This document shows positions 8,093 to 16,962 of a DNA stretch of 20,000 bases, one piece after another. The position numbers were made by a program, and so were the translations under genes. Origin of the DNA: an uncultured virus (IMG/VR IMGVR_UViG_3300038318_000302) (taxonomy: Duplodnaviria; Heunggongvirae; Uroviricota; Caudoviricetes); IMG/VR virus record IMGVR_UViG_3300038318_000302, one strand, 5' to 3'. Every line of letters starts with the position of its first letter. Within the stretch, counting starts at the first letter, position 1. The notes under the pieces were generated by a model. That model did not search any database. It saw only the letters and a program-made list of their open reading frames with translations, and had not been told where the DNA came from.

Positions 8093-9154
8093 TTATTTTT
8101 TACCCTTCTTTGAAATTTTCTTCAAATTAGGCTTAGAAACTTTCTCATGACTTTCTTTAGTATCTTTATCTAGAGCCTTTTCCATCTTCTTTCTATTTTC
8201 TCCTAGACGATTGTCTATCCCATTAATAATATTACTCATATCATCCCAAAGAGATTTTACAATTTCTATTGCTTCATCAAAAGTTATATCCTTAATCATT
8301 GGAGTATCATTCCAACACGGTTTAAAGTCAATACCCTTTTCTTCCAATAAATCTGTTTTCTTAATCATTAGATTAAGATACAAATTACAAGTTATCTCAT
8401 TGTCCTTATCTGGATGTAAGAAACAATTTTCAACCAAAATAACTCCTCTCTTAGAATTTTTCCCAATATGTTTAATAGTTACACCAGCATTGCTAACATA
8501 ATTATAATCATATTTCTTCGGATCAAATAATTTCTTAAATGGGTCTAGATATTTACGAACTTCTTCATTATTCTTGAAATCTAGTTTTATTCCCTTCTTT
8601 GAAGCTCTCTTTTTCTTAGAAGTTACAACTTTCTTTTCTTTCTTAACTTCCTTCTTGAGATTCTTTTTTGTAGATTCCTCTTCCTTAACTTCATCAGCCA
8701 ATTCATCAGATTCCTCTTCTGTCTCTTTCTTCTTAGAAGTCATAACCTTCTTTTCTTTCTTAACTTCCTTCTTAGGACTCTTCTTTGTTTCTACTTTTTT
8801 CTCCTCTTCTTCAGAATCCTCTTCTTCCTCATCGTCCTTTGAATCTGATTTAGTATCATCTTCCTCATCATCAGATTCCTCTTCTTCCTCATCGTCCTTT
8901 GAATCTGATTTAGTATCATCTTCCTCATCTGTTTCTTCAGAATCCTTGGTGTCATCTTCCTCCTCTTCATCTTCTTCATCATCTGCAAAGGATTCTGCCA
9001 TTTCCAATAAAGAATCGGTATCTTCATCTTCCATTCCATCAATACCGTTCTTCTTCAAGATCTCTAGAAGACCTTTTCTAGCAACCTTTTCATCTTCAGT
9101 CTTAAGACCAATCTTCTTCAATCTCTTAACGATTTCTGTACTTAACTTAGCCAT
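8093..9154 (-). CDS. Hypothetical protein with acidic and Lys-rich low-complexity repeats and a globular C-terminal domain
   Basis: 353 aa ORF co-oriented with its neighbours and followed by a terminator. It has a D/E tract, then KKEVKKEKKV repeats. Confidence 0.8.
   Translation of the reverse strand: MAKLSTEIVKRLKKIGLKTEDEKVARKGLLEILKKNGIDGMEDEDTDSLLEMAESFADDEEDEEEEDDTKDSEETDEEDDTKSDSKDDEEEEESDDEEDDTKSDSKDDEEEEDSEEEEKKVETKKSPKKEVKKEKKVMTSKKKETEEESDELADEVKEEESTKKNLKKEVKKEKKVVTSKKKRASKKGIKLDFKNNEEVRKYLDPFKKLFDPKKYDYNYVSNAGVTIKHIGKNSKRGVILVENCFLHPDKDNEITCNLYLNLMIKKTDLLEEKGIDFKPCWNDTPMIKDITFDEAIEIVKSLWDDMSNIINGIDNRLGENRKKMEKALDKDTKESHEKVSKPNLKKISKKGKK
8811..8929. repeat. 60-bp-period tandem repeat encoding DEEDDTKSDSKDDEEEE
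   Basis: 8821-8869 is identical to 8881-8929. A second, imperfect duplication (~8612-8655 vs ~8729-8772) encodes KKEVKKEKKV[MV]TSKKK. Confidence 0.9.
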
Positions 9155-9178
9155 AATTTTTACAATTTAAAATTTTTA

Positions 9179-9829
9179 TTAATAATTATCTTCAATATTA
9201 CAAGTAGTATAGACACGATTCGATTGTATCAAATCATTACCGTACTTTTTAATTATCTTTTTCTTTTGCATTTCTATTATATAAGATGCATCTACGGGTT
9301 GATCTCCCGTTTTCTTAACATCATCCCTAATTTTCTTCTCTTGGGGAGTGCTAAAATAAACCCTGTTAATTAATGCTATTTTGAATCCTCTTAGATAAAG
9401 GGAAAAAACTGATCTTTCCTTTCCGGAAAGTCCTTCCAATAAATCTACTCCGTGAATTATGAACTTATTTTTACTAACATTTATTTCAGAATCACAATCA
9501 ACGCCATAATCCATATTAACAGCATCCATCTTAACCTTATAACTTTCACGCTTAATATATTTAATAAAATCTCTTGCTTTGTTAGAAGCTGCAGCTTCTA
9601 GATAATATTGCAACGGAACGGGTTTAGATGCTTCTCCAGCCCGATATTTAAGCCACCTTCTTCCATAAGATTTAATTGACTGAAAAATCTTCAATCTAAA
9701 TTCTTGAAGAAGATCTTCATATTCGTATGAAATTTCTCCATAAGAATAAATTTTACCAGCATACTTTTTTGCGATATATTCATATCGATCAAAAAGCTTT
9801 TCTGAAACAGTTTTATCTTTTTCGTTCAT
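9179..9829 (-). CDS. Phage-encoded sigma70-family (ECF-sized) sigma factor
   Basis: Region-2-like YEDLLQEFRLKIFQSIKSY ... YLEAAASNKARDFIK and region-4-like LLEGLSGKERSVFSLYLRGFKIALI. Confidence 0.75.
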   Translation of the reverse strand: MNEKDKTVSEKLFDRYEYIAKKYAGKIYSYGEISYEYEDLLQEFRLKIFQSIKSYGRRWLKYRAGEASKPVPLQYYLEAAASNKARDFIKYIKRESYKVKMDAVNMDYGVDCDSEINVSKNKFIIHGVDLLEGLSGKERSVFSLYLRGFKIALINRVYFSTPQEKKIRDDVKKTGDQPVDASYIIEMQKKKIIKKYGNDLIQSNRVYTTCNIEDNY

Positions 9830-9860
9830 AACGATTACAATTAGTTTTACAATTACACTA

Positions 9861-9933
9861 CGAAGTTACGTCTTTTTTCGCAATAAACAAAATTTTTTCC
9901 AATAAATCTTTAATTTTTCAATGATATTTAACT
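9861..9933 (-). promoter_or_regulatory. Bacteroidota housekeeping-sigma-type early promoter for the sigma factor gene
   Basis: Minus strand TTTG (9891-9888)-N19-TAACTTCG (9868-9861), against the consensus TTTG-N19-21-TAnnTTTG. It shares the upstream AGTTAAATAT and TTTATTG elements with the promoters at 16374 and 16963. Confidence 0.8.
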
Positions 9934-9946
9934 TTTATTTAATAAT

Positions 9947-10369
9947 TTATAAGATTCTAAAGGCTTTATTCTTGTTAACAGAAATAATTTTATCAGAAGA
10001 TTTTAAAGAAAGAGTACCATCTTCATTAACACCTTCCAAAGAATAAACATCGCCATTATACGAAAAATCATTCCCCTTCGTATAATAATTTCTTTCATCT
10101 TCTTCTGTTAACTTAAAAAGAGGAGATCCAAAATTAAACAATTTTCCTCTATATTCTTCATATTTACTTTCGTCGTTCAATATACTTTTTAAAGTATTTC
10201 TCTTAGCAATTTCGTTTATCTTTTCAGATTTATATCTCATTACTCTTTTATAATATGCCTTATCCCTTGGATTAAAGTATATCTTACTTCTAAATTTTGC
10301 AATTATATATTCTTTCTGAATCTGTTCAAAATATTGCACTACAGAAAGATTTCTTTTTGAATTTGACAT
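9947..10369 (-). CDS. Hypothetical protein
   Basis: 140 aa ORF in the operon after primase. The C-terminus is beta-rich (possibly SH3-like). Confidence 0.7.
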   Translation of the reverse strand: MSNSKRNLSVVQYFEQIQKEYIIAKFRSKIYFNPRDKAYYKRVMRYKSEKINEIAKRNTLKSILNDESKYEEYRGKLFNFGSPLFKLTEEDERNYYTKGNDFSYNGDVYSLEGVNEDGTLSLKSSDKIISVNKNKAFRIL

Positions 10370-10419
10370 AACTCATACTATTTACGATAATAATATATGA
10401 TTTATCAATTTAAATTATT

Positions 10420-11385
10420 TTATCTCTTTATTTTTCCGATCACATCAAAAACAAAATTATCGATAGAAATAGGATTGCTAAACACCTTTTTAACTTCAAT
10501 ATTATTACAATCTCCTAAATCTTTCTCTAACATACACACGCATGCAAATGTATTAAAATATTGTTTTAATCTTAAACCAAATTTTTTAATCTCCCTTAAA
10601 GCATCATAATCATAACTTACAATTATATTCCTAACTTGTTTAAGTAATAATTTCTGTATCTGAATGTTAGATATTTTCTTGCCAAATGTACAAACACAAC
10701 GAATTGAATTATCTAGATATAATTCTAAATATTTATCCACGTTTATTTTATCAAAAACTCCTTCAACTAATATTACAGTCTCTGTCTCTCCTTTTACTAT
10801 ATCGTCATATCCAAAGAGAAGAGACGCGAAATCTGTCCCTAAACTATTATTATATCTCAATTTACCTTTTGGCACTATCTTAGAAGAATATCTCCCCAAA
10901 AATCCTCTTATCTTAAGATTGTCATATATCGGTATCAAAACATAATTTTCATACTTAGGAAGAATATCTGAATATCCTAACTTGTATTTATTACAATCAC
11001 CTCTAGTTATATGTCTACTTCTAAGATATTCAGAATCTTTATATATTCTAAACCCAATAGGCATCTTTATTTCAGGAAGTTCCTCTACGTTAATAGAATT
11101 TTCAATCTTCTCTTCCAACTGCATTCTAATTGACTCTAGAACATCAGTCTTCTTTACACTTTTACCCTGTAAAAGATAAGTTTTCCCAAGATATTTAAGT
11201 AACTTATATATGTTACCAGATTCCCAACATTTTTTACATTCAAAAAGCTGAGTTCTCTTATCTATATAAAAATGCATAGATTTTCCACAAAATGGACAAT
11301 CACAAATGTATTGCCCAGATTGCGTCTCCTTCTTGACTTCTATTAAATCTCTTAGATCGCTGTCCGAAATAGTTATATTATTCAT
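10420..11385 (-). CDS. DNA primase (Zn finger + TOPRIM)
   Basis: CPFC...CKKC zinc-binding motif, YLRSRHI, ILVEGVFD and SYDYD. Adjacent to the helicase. Confidence 0.92.
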   Translation of the reverse strand: MNNITISDSDLRDLIEVKKETQSGQYICDCPFCGKSMHFYIDKRTQLFECKKCWESGNIYKLLKYLGKTYLLQGKSVKKTDVLESIRMQLEEKIENSINVEELPEIKMPIGFRIYKDSEYLRSRHITRGDCNKYKLGYSDILPKYENYVLIPIYDNLKIRGFLGRYSSKIVPKGKLRYNNSLGTDFASLLFGYDDIVKGETETVILVEGVFDKINVDKYLELYLDNSIRCVCTFGKKISNIQIQKLLLKQVRNIIVSYDYDALREIKKFGLRLKQYFNTFACVCMLEKDLGDCNNIEVKKVFSNPISIDNFVFDVIGKIKR

Positions 11386-11387
11386 AA

Positions 11388-12758
11388 TTACTCCTCTTCA
11401 TCCCAACCACCACTTTCATTCATCTCCAATGTTCTTTGTCTATCATAGAATCTACTTCTTTCAAAATTATTACATATATGTATAGTTATGTCTCCACTAT
11501 GTTCACGAGCCTTATCAATATATAAGCGAAGAAATTGCTCCTTTCTTTCATCTGAAGTACTATTAAGACTTATCAAGCAATCTGCTGGTCTAGCCTTTCC
11601 CTTATCCTCATTCAAATCTGCTCTAGTAATTACAAAATCTGGATCATTCTTCTGTTCCGGACTAATAGAACTTGTTTGTGTAGCAGTATGAACAACGGCA
11701 TTATATTTCATTGCTAAGGTTTTCATTCCCTTAGATAACTTTTGTTGCCTAAATCGTTCTTCCTTGGGACTATATTTTATTCCATCACCTACTTCTAGTA
11801 ATTCAAGATAGTCAATAACTATAACATCTATCTTTCCATATTTCTTCTCTATTTCTTCACATTCATGATTAACGTCTACTAAGGTTTTCCCTCCCCAATC
11901 CTCACAAGAAGAAACAAATATATCATTCTTTTTAAGTTTCTTTATAACACATTTTACAACCTGCATTTTTTTCGCCGTTATATCTCCTACTTTCATATCT
12001 TGATATAAAGTTCCTGTCCAAGCCGCATCAAATCTATTAAGGCATTGTTCCTTTGTCCCCTCTAGCTGAAAGAAAACTACTCTATGAGCCTGTCTTGCCG
12101 CTGTTATTGCTAAATGAATTAAACACTGAGACTTACCAGAACCAGAATCTCCAACCCACAACACATATTCTCCGCTTTCCGGACCACCGTTCTGTCCTCC
12201 TAATGAATAGTCTAATTCGTCTATTCCGGTCGGAACTACAAATCTAAGATGATTATCCTCACTTCGTCTTCTTATCTGTCTATTTTCAAATCCCTCGAAT
12301 ACTCTTTCAAAATTAGCATCTAATATTGAAAACTTATCCATTTTAGATGCTAAATTAACAAATAAGGAATATGCTCCATCCTTATCTCCTCTATTATAGG
12401 TATCAACTATCTTGTCATTACTTTCAAGAAATATCATCTGTTTAAGATACTCTTGAAATGTCTTAAGAATAGAACCGTGAGCTTCAGATGTCTCCTCAAC
12501 TTCAACATCCTTAACACTATCTATCAAGTCCAATACTTCATCATCTTTTATAAAGTGTTGCTGTAATTGTCCGATAGTTGCTACTCTTTGCGTTCTATCA
12601 TAATTCTTATAAAGATATTGCCATAGTTTCTTTTCGCTTTCATTTTGTAAATAAGCATATTTAAGATATGCCCTAACTACTTCAAAAGTACTTCTCTTAT
12701 TTAGTGCATATGCTAATAACTCTATAGTAAAATTACTAGCTAATTTATCTGATATCAT
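11388..12758 (-). CDS. Replicative SF4 helicase (DnaB/T4 gp41-like)
   Basis: VPTGIDELD, Walker A GDSGSGKS, FFQLE, Walker B VIVIDYLELL, TATQ and IDKARE. Confidence 0.92.
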   Translation of the reverse strand: MISDKLASNFTIELLAYALNKRSTFEVVRAYLKYAYLQNESEKKLWQYLYKNYDRTQRVATIGQLQQHFIKDDEVLDLIDSVKDVEVEETSEAHGSILKTFQEYLKQMIFLESNDKIVDTYNRGDKDGAYSLFVNLASKMDKFSILDANFERVFEGFENRQIRRRSEDNHLRFVVPTGIDELDYSLGGQNGGPESGEYVLWVGDSGSGKSQCLIHLAITAARQAHRVVFFQLEGTKEQCLNRFDAAWTGTLYQDMKVGDITAKKMQVVKCVIKKLKKNDIFVSSCEDWGGKTLVDVNHECEEIEKKYGKIDVIVIDYLELLEVGDGIKYSPKEERFRQQKLSKGMKTLAMKYNAVVHTATQTSSISPEQKNDPDFVITRADLNEDKGKARPADCLISLNSTSDERKEQFLRLYIDKAREHSGDITIHICNNFERSRFYDRQRTLEMNESGGWDEEE

Positions 12759-13318
12759 TTATACCCTCTAGATTTATAAACATTTGGAAAATTTATCTTC
12801 TCTATCTCTTTGCACTCATCCTTATAAACACAATTTACGCAAAATGAGCTTTTATGAAAATATAAACTAGTCATAGCTATGCACCATGCCAGACCTCTTT
12901 TTCCATTGAAAAATCTTTTCTTACAATTTTCTTCATATAATCTAACTTCATTTACAATACTACTATTAGGCTTTGAACTTATTGTTTTAATTTTATTCTT
13001 AACCTTGTACTTTCTAATTCTATATTTTTTTAAATTACCACCATTTTTAAATCTTTTTATAGCATTCTTTGAAAATATCCAAGACATTCTCATATTCGTA
13101 CTTACTTCTCCGTCATTAGTATAATATTGAAATCCATACTCAATATATTCCCTAACAAAATTCTCTCCTATAGAGACATCCCTATATTCCTCTAAGAAGT
13201 TATAAAATGAATTAACATCATTGTTATTGCATCTATAATTTATCTTATAACCAATAGACTTTGCAAAAAGTCTCAAAAAGGTATCTACTGCAAAATGATA
13301 TAAACTTCTCTTATTCAT
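12755..13318 (-). CDS. Basic hypothetical protein with C-terminal Cys cluster
   Basis: 187 aa, coupled by ATGA overlaps to both flanking helicases. Contains WC...FCVNCVYKDEC. Confidence 0.75.
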   Translation of the reverse strand: MNKRSLYHFAVDTFLRLFAKSIGYKINYRCNNNDVNSFYNFLEEYRDVSIGENFVREYIEYGFQYYTNDGEVSTNMRMSWIFSKNAIKRFKNGGNLKKYRIRKYKVKNKIKTISSKPNSSIVNEVRLYEENCKKRFFNGKRGLAWCIAMTSLYFHKSSFCVNCVYKDECKEIEKINFPNVYKSRGYK

Positions 13319-14802
13319 AGCCTAAACCATTTCTTTATCCATGTTTCAAATGTCTTAAAACAATCATCTGAAGAAACATCTAATATCCCAACATTATCCT
13401 CACCAATTGCATCTATATATGTATTTAGTCTCGTTTCCGAATGTTCAGAAAAGTATAAGTCAAATATATCTATGAAATCTATTATCAAACTTCTATCCTT
13501 AGTCTTAGTTGCTGCAATAACACGTCCCTTTCTTTGAACTGTATTTGCATCCTCTAAACCCTCATCTACATTTATTAATATTTGAGCTTCTGGTAAGGTT
13601 ATTCCCTTTTTAAAAATATTAGATGCTAATAATACTCCGCCATCCTTCTTCAAGAATATTTCTTTTTCCTTCTCACGCTTATCCTCTTTATCCTTCCCTG
13701 ATATAAAAGGAATATCCGTCATAGAAGATATTATATTACCATGTTCTATAGATTGGAATAAGACTAAAGTCTTTAATTTGTATTCTGATAATATCTTTAT
13801 TATCTCCAATAAAGCATTGTTCCTAACATCAGAACAAAATATCAATCGCTTTCTTAATTCACTATAATCCAAACAATCTGGATCAAAATCTGGATAGTTA
13901 ATATCATTATGATCAATTGCAAATTCAATAACCTTATAATCACTAAGAACTCCACGCTTCCGCAATGTCTCTTCACTAATAGTATAGATTATTCCTCCAC
14001 TCCAAGATTTTAACTTTAAATTCTGTAAATAAGTATTTGACTTATATGGAGTTGCTGAAAGCAATAAAAGATAATCTATATTATGACATCTTCTGTAAAG
14101 TCTCAATTTACTATCTGAAAAATTATCATGTATCTCATCTACGGACAAAAATTTCAAATCCTTTAAGTATTTTTGCAAATTCAATCTCTTCTTTCTATCT
14201 TTGCAACGCATTGACAAAGTAGATTGTATAGTCTGTATCATACCAACAGTAAACCTCTTCGTAACATCAATCTTGCCGGCTTTTATTTCCCCTATACTTA
14301 TTCCCCCATAATTCTTAAAGAATTTCTTAACATCTGAAATTGCTTGATTAAAAAGTGATGTATTATCAACAAGAAATAGAAAATTTCCTTTATCAGAAGA
14401 AAGAAAGATACGAAGAATTTCTGACATTATGAACGTCTTTCCTCCTCTTGTTGGAACACATATAATGCCAAATCTTCTTTTGAAGAAAGCTTCAACTGCC
14501 TTTCTTTGATGTATATATTTCCCCGATAATCTACTATCAATTTCTATTCCATTAGGTAAATTAAATTTATAATCAAAAATTGAACACTTAATATTCCTTT
14601 TGTCAAAATAATTCTTAACATTATCTAACATCCCAATCTGAAATGTAAGATTTCTCTTATCAAACTTCTCTATATTCCTATGCCTTGAATATATATCAGG
14701 ATTCTTAAACGTCAAACACTTAGCAATTTGACGAACAGCATCCTTATCCGATCTTACAAAAGAATAATTAAAATTATCAATTCTATCAATTAGAACTTTC
14801 AT
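13315..14802 (-). CDS. SF2 DExH helicase (UvsW-like)
   Basis: Q motif HQRKAV, PTRGGKT, DEIH, SAT, KGITLP and QRKGR. Confidence 0.92.
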   Translation of the reverse strand: MKVLIDRIDNFNYSFVRSDKDAVRQIAKCLTFKNPDIYSRHRNIEKFDKRNLTFQIGMLDNVKNYFDKRNIKCSIFDYKFNLPNGIEIDSRLSGKYIHQRKAVEAFFKRRFGIICVPTRGGKTFIMSEILRIFLSSDKGNFLFLVDNTSLFNQAISDVKKFFKNYGGISIGEIKAGKIDVTKRFTVGMIQTIQSTLSMRCKDRKKRLNLQKYLKDLKFLSVDEIHDNFSDSKLRLYRRCHNIDYLLLLSATPYKSNTYLQNLKLKSWSGGIIYTISEETLRKRGVLSDYKVIEFAIDHNDINYPDFDPDCLDYSELRKRLIFCSDVRNNALLEIIKILSEYKLKTLVLFQSIEHGNIISSMTDIPFISGKDKEDKREKEKEIFLKKDGGVLLASNIFKKGITLPEAQILINVDEGLEDANTVQRKGRVIAATKTKDRSLIIDFIDIFDLYFSEHSETRLNTYIDAIGEDNVGILDVSSDDCFKTFETWIKKWFRL

Positions 14803-14886
14803 TTCTTCATCTTTAATATTTATTTGGTAGACGGGAAGTAGAGAATGTTTATCCCCCCTCCCCCTTATAACAAATATACAATTTGT

Positions 14887-15036
14887 TCATTTTGGTTTTG
14901 GTTGGCGGTCGCAAGTCTTTAGAAGTTTACCCCAATTATCAAGAAAGTTGCTTGCTATGATTGCACTTAAATCGACAAAGTATTCATCGTGAATCGTATC
15001 TATTAACTTTGATATTTTATTATTAGCTATTATCAT
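14887..15036 (-). CDS. Small hypothetical protein (49 aa, below ORF-track cutoff)
   Basis: Manual translation MIIANNKISKLIDTIHDEYFVDLSAIIASNFLDNWGKLLKTCDRQPKPK. The start overlaps the end of the upstream ORF and fills the gap. Confidence 0.45.
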   Translation of the reverse strand: MIIANNKISKLIDTIHDEYFVDLSAIIASNFLDNWGKLLKTCDRQPKPK

Positions 15037-15421
15037 TATTTATTAAAATTGTTTCTCCACTATTCATTATATATAATGTATCTAAAGATATATGAACATC
15101 TCTTTCTCCATATTTCTCCAAACACTTTTTACATTTATTCGTAAGTTCACTCAACTTTATTGAATAATTATTCCTTTTCATTTTTAGAAAAGTTTCTGCA
15201 TCTTTTTCATTAAGAAAGACACGAATATCTGAATTCTTGCAAAAAGATTCTTTATCTTCTTCTTTCATGGGAATTAACTCATATCCAGATTTTGTATAAA
15301 CCGTTATTCTGCTATCTTTGTTTAAAGATATATAAGACGGATAGTCTTTACTAATTTTATTGTTAACCACAAAATACAGTGTTGTACTTAATCCTATTGC
15401 TTTAGCCGTTATATTATTCAT
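15023..15421 (-). CDS. Hypothetical protein
   Basis: 132 aa ORF with an A-rich leader (AAAAATTAAATATA-ATG). Confidence 0.65.
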   Translation of the reverse strand: MNNITAKAIGLSTTLYFVVNNKISKDYPSYISLNKDSRITVYTKSGYELIPMKEEDKESFCKNSDIRVFLNEKDAETFLKMKRNNYSIKLSELTNKCKKCLEKYGERDVHISLDTLYIMNSGETILINNDNS

Positions 15422-15596
15422 ATATTTAATTTTTATCGTTTAAAACGTTGGTAATTCTTTAAAAGTTGTCTACTTAATATTCTTCTATAGAAAGAATAAT
15501 TAAGATCATCAATTCTATTACAGCTGTGTATAATCGTGTTAATATATTTCTGCTTCCATATTTTGCCCGTTATTCCGATAGCACAGAATTAATAAG

Positions 15597-15866
15597 TTAA
15601 TATGAATCAACCGTTCTCATATAATTCAAAGGGTTATCTGCAACTTTATAAATTGCAGCCCTTACAGCCTTATTTCTGTAAATACGATCTGCGTTAGAGC
15701 CCCACCTGTGGGTCTCATAATGATCATTTATCGATTCCACTTGGTCGAAATTGATATTATTCCGCTCCATGGCTTCTTTTGCCGTTGCAAAACACAAACA
15801 ACCGTATTTTTTAATATTCTTGATTTCTTCATCAGTATAGGATATTATGTGCGTGTTAAGTCTCAT
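15597..15866 (-). CDS. Hypothetical protein (89 aa from ATG at 15866)
   Basis: The ORF track starts at GTG 15899, inside a GC-rich hairpin. The ATG at 15866, after AAATAACT, is more plausible. Confidence 0.65.
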   Translation of the reverse strand: MRLNTHIISYTDEEIKNIKKYGCLCFATAKEAMERNNINFDQVESINDHYETHRWGSNADRIYRNKAVRAAIYKVADNPLNYMRTVDSY

Positions 15867-15914
15867 AGTTATTTCGCACCCCCACACTTGAGCGGGCACG
15901 TCTGCTTAAAATAA

Positions 15915-16124
15915 TTAAAGATACCACTTATAAAGTTGCTCCTCTGCTTCTTTTTCTGTATCAAAGAAACCTAATGCTTCTCTGCGATTCCAAGGATCAC
16001 CTTCTATGTCCTCGTCCTTGACTACTTCTGATAAAACAAAAGTGCCTTCCTTGTCTTCCTCAATTTCAAAGTTTTGAATTGACTGACGGTTTCCTAATGT
16101 TTTTACTAATTTCAACTTTTTCAT
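15915..16124 (-). CDS. Small acidic hypothetical protein
   Basis: 69 aa with a conserved leader. Shares the N-terminus MKKLKLVKTLG with 16648..16923. Confidence 0.7.
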   Translation of the reverse strand: MKKLKLVKTLGNRQSIQNFEIEEDKEGTFVLSEVVKDEDIEGDPWNRREALGFFDTEKEAEEQLYKWYL

Positions 16125-16129
16125 ATTTT

Positions 16130-16330
16130 TTATTTTTTAAGTTCATCTATATAATATTTTTTTAATTTTTCTTCTATTTCTACATAATTGCAGAAGGGTT
16201 CTTCTTTTATAAGGTCTTTAATTATATTTTCTACTCTTTTCTTTTTCAGACCTCTAATTAGATCTATTATTGTAATTGCAACATTAAACACATTTTGAAA
16301 TTCTACTTTTTTATCACATGACCTTTCCAT
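16130..16330 (-). CDS. Small hypothetical protein
   Basis: 66 aa, first gene after the promoter at 16374-16404. Confidence 0.65.
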   Translation of the reverse strand: MERSCDKKVEFQNVFNVAITIIDLIRGLKKKRVENIIKDLIKEEPFCNYVEIEEKLKKYYIDELKK

Positions 16331-16373
16331 AATTTTTATTTTTTAAGTTTATATTCTTTTTCTATTTCTACAG

Positions 16374-16446
16374 TAAAGGTACTAACTTTTTCTTAATAGA
16401 CAAAATTTTTTCCAATAAATTATTGGTTTATCGTCAATATTTAACT
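16374..16446 (-). promoter_or_regulatory. Bacteroidota-type early promoter
   Basis: TTTG (16404-16401)-N19-TACCTTTA (16381-16374), with upstream AGTTAAATAT. Confidence 0.75.
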
Positions 16447-16479
16447 CCTATTAATAAAAAATGGAAGAATTTAATATAA

Positions 16480-16522
16480 AAAAGAAAAGAGTTGAATGTA
16501 AAATTACAAACAACTCTTTTTT
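16480..16522. terminator. Rho-independent terminator, probably bidirectional (copy A)
   Basis: AAAAGAGTTG (16485-16494) / CAACTCTTTT (16511-16520) with inner TGTAA/TTACA and flanking A/T runs. Confidence 0.75.
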
Positions 16523-16647
16523 ATATTATTTTTAATATAGCTTATATCTTCTTTTTAGAAAATTTCAATCCTATATATCCTAAAAATAAACAAAATAATA
16601 ATTATCATAAACCACATAGATACCCTTATCTGGTGAAATACTTTTTT

Positions 16648-16923
16648 TCACCATTTCTTCTCCGCTTCTTTTAATGCATTTATGCTTATTATACTTAATA
16701 TAATATCTTCTAACTCTTTATCATTGTAGCTTTGAAAGACAAATCCGCCTCCAAATTCATGACCTTTATAAATCTTTCCGCCTAATTTTAAAGCACGTTT
16801 GTGGGCGAGATTATAACCGTCGTTGATAGATAGGTCGTTATGTTCTTTTTCTGAAAGCAATTCAGTAAAGTGAACTACTACACGACGATCTCCTAAGGTC
16901 TTTACTAATTTTAATTTTTTCAT
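16648..16923 (-). CDS. Small hypothetical phage protein
   Basis: 91 aa, lying between the two repeat copies. Gly/aromatic motif LGGKIYKGHEFGGGFVFQSYN. Confidence 0.75.
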   Translation of the reverse strand: MKKLKLVKTLGDRRVVVHFTELLSEKEHNDLSINDGYNLAHKRALKLGGKIYKGHEFGGGFVFQSYNDKELEDIILSIISINALKEAEKKW

Positions 16924-16962
16924 AATCTTTATTTTTTAAGTTTATATTCTTAATTTCTACAG

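Larger units (their letters stand above)
16328..16629. repeat. Copy A of a ~300-bp direct repeat (spanin-like gene 3' end + terminator + promoter + leader/ATG)
   Basis: Aligns along its length with 16921-17217. For example, ttatatcttctttttagaaaatttcaatcctatatatcctaaaa is identical in both. Confidence 0.95.

Noticed and set aside
8574..9170. 198-aa Ser/Phe-rich plus-strand ORF
   Set aside because: Antisense shadow of the GAA/GAT/AAG-rich gene 8093..9154. Low complexity explains the lack of stops.
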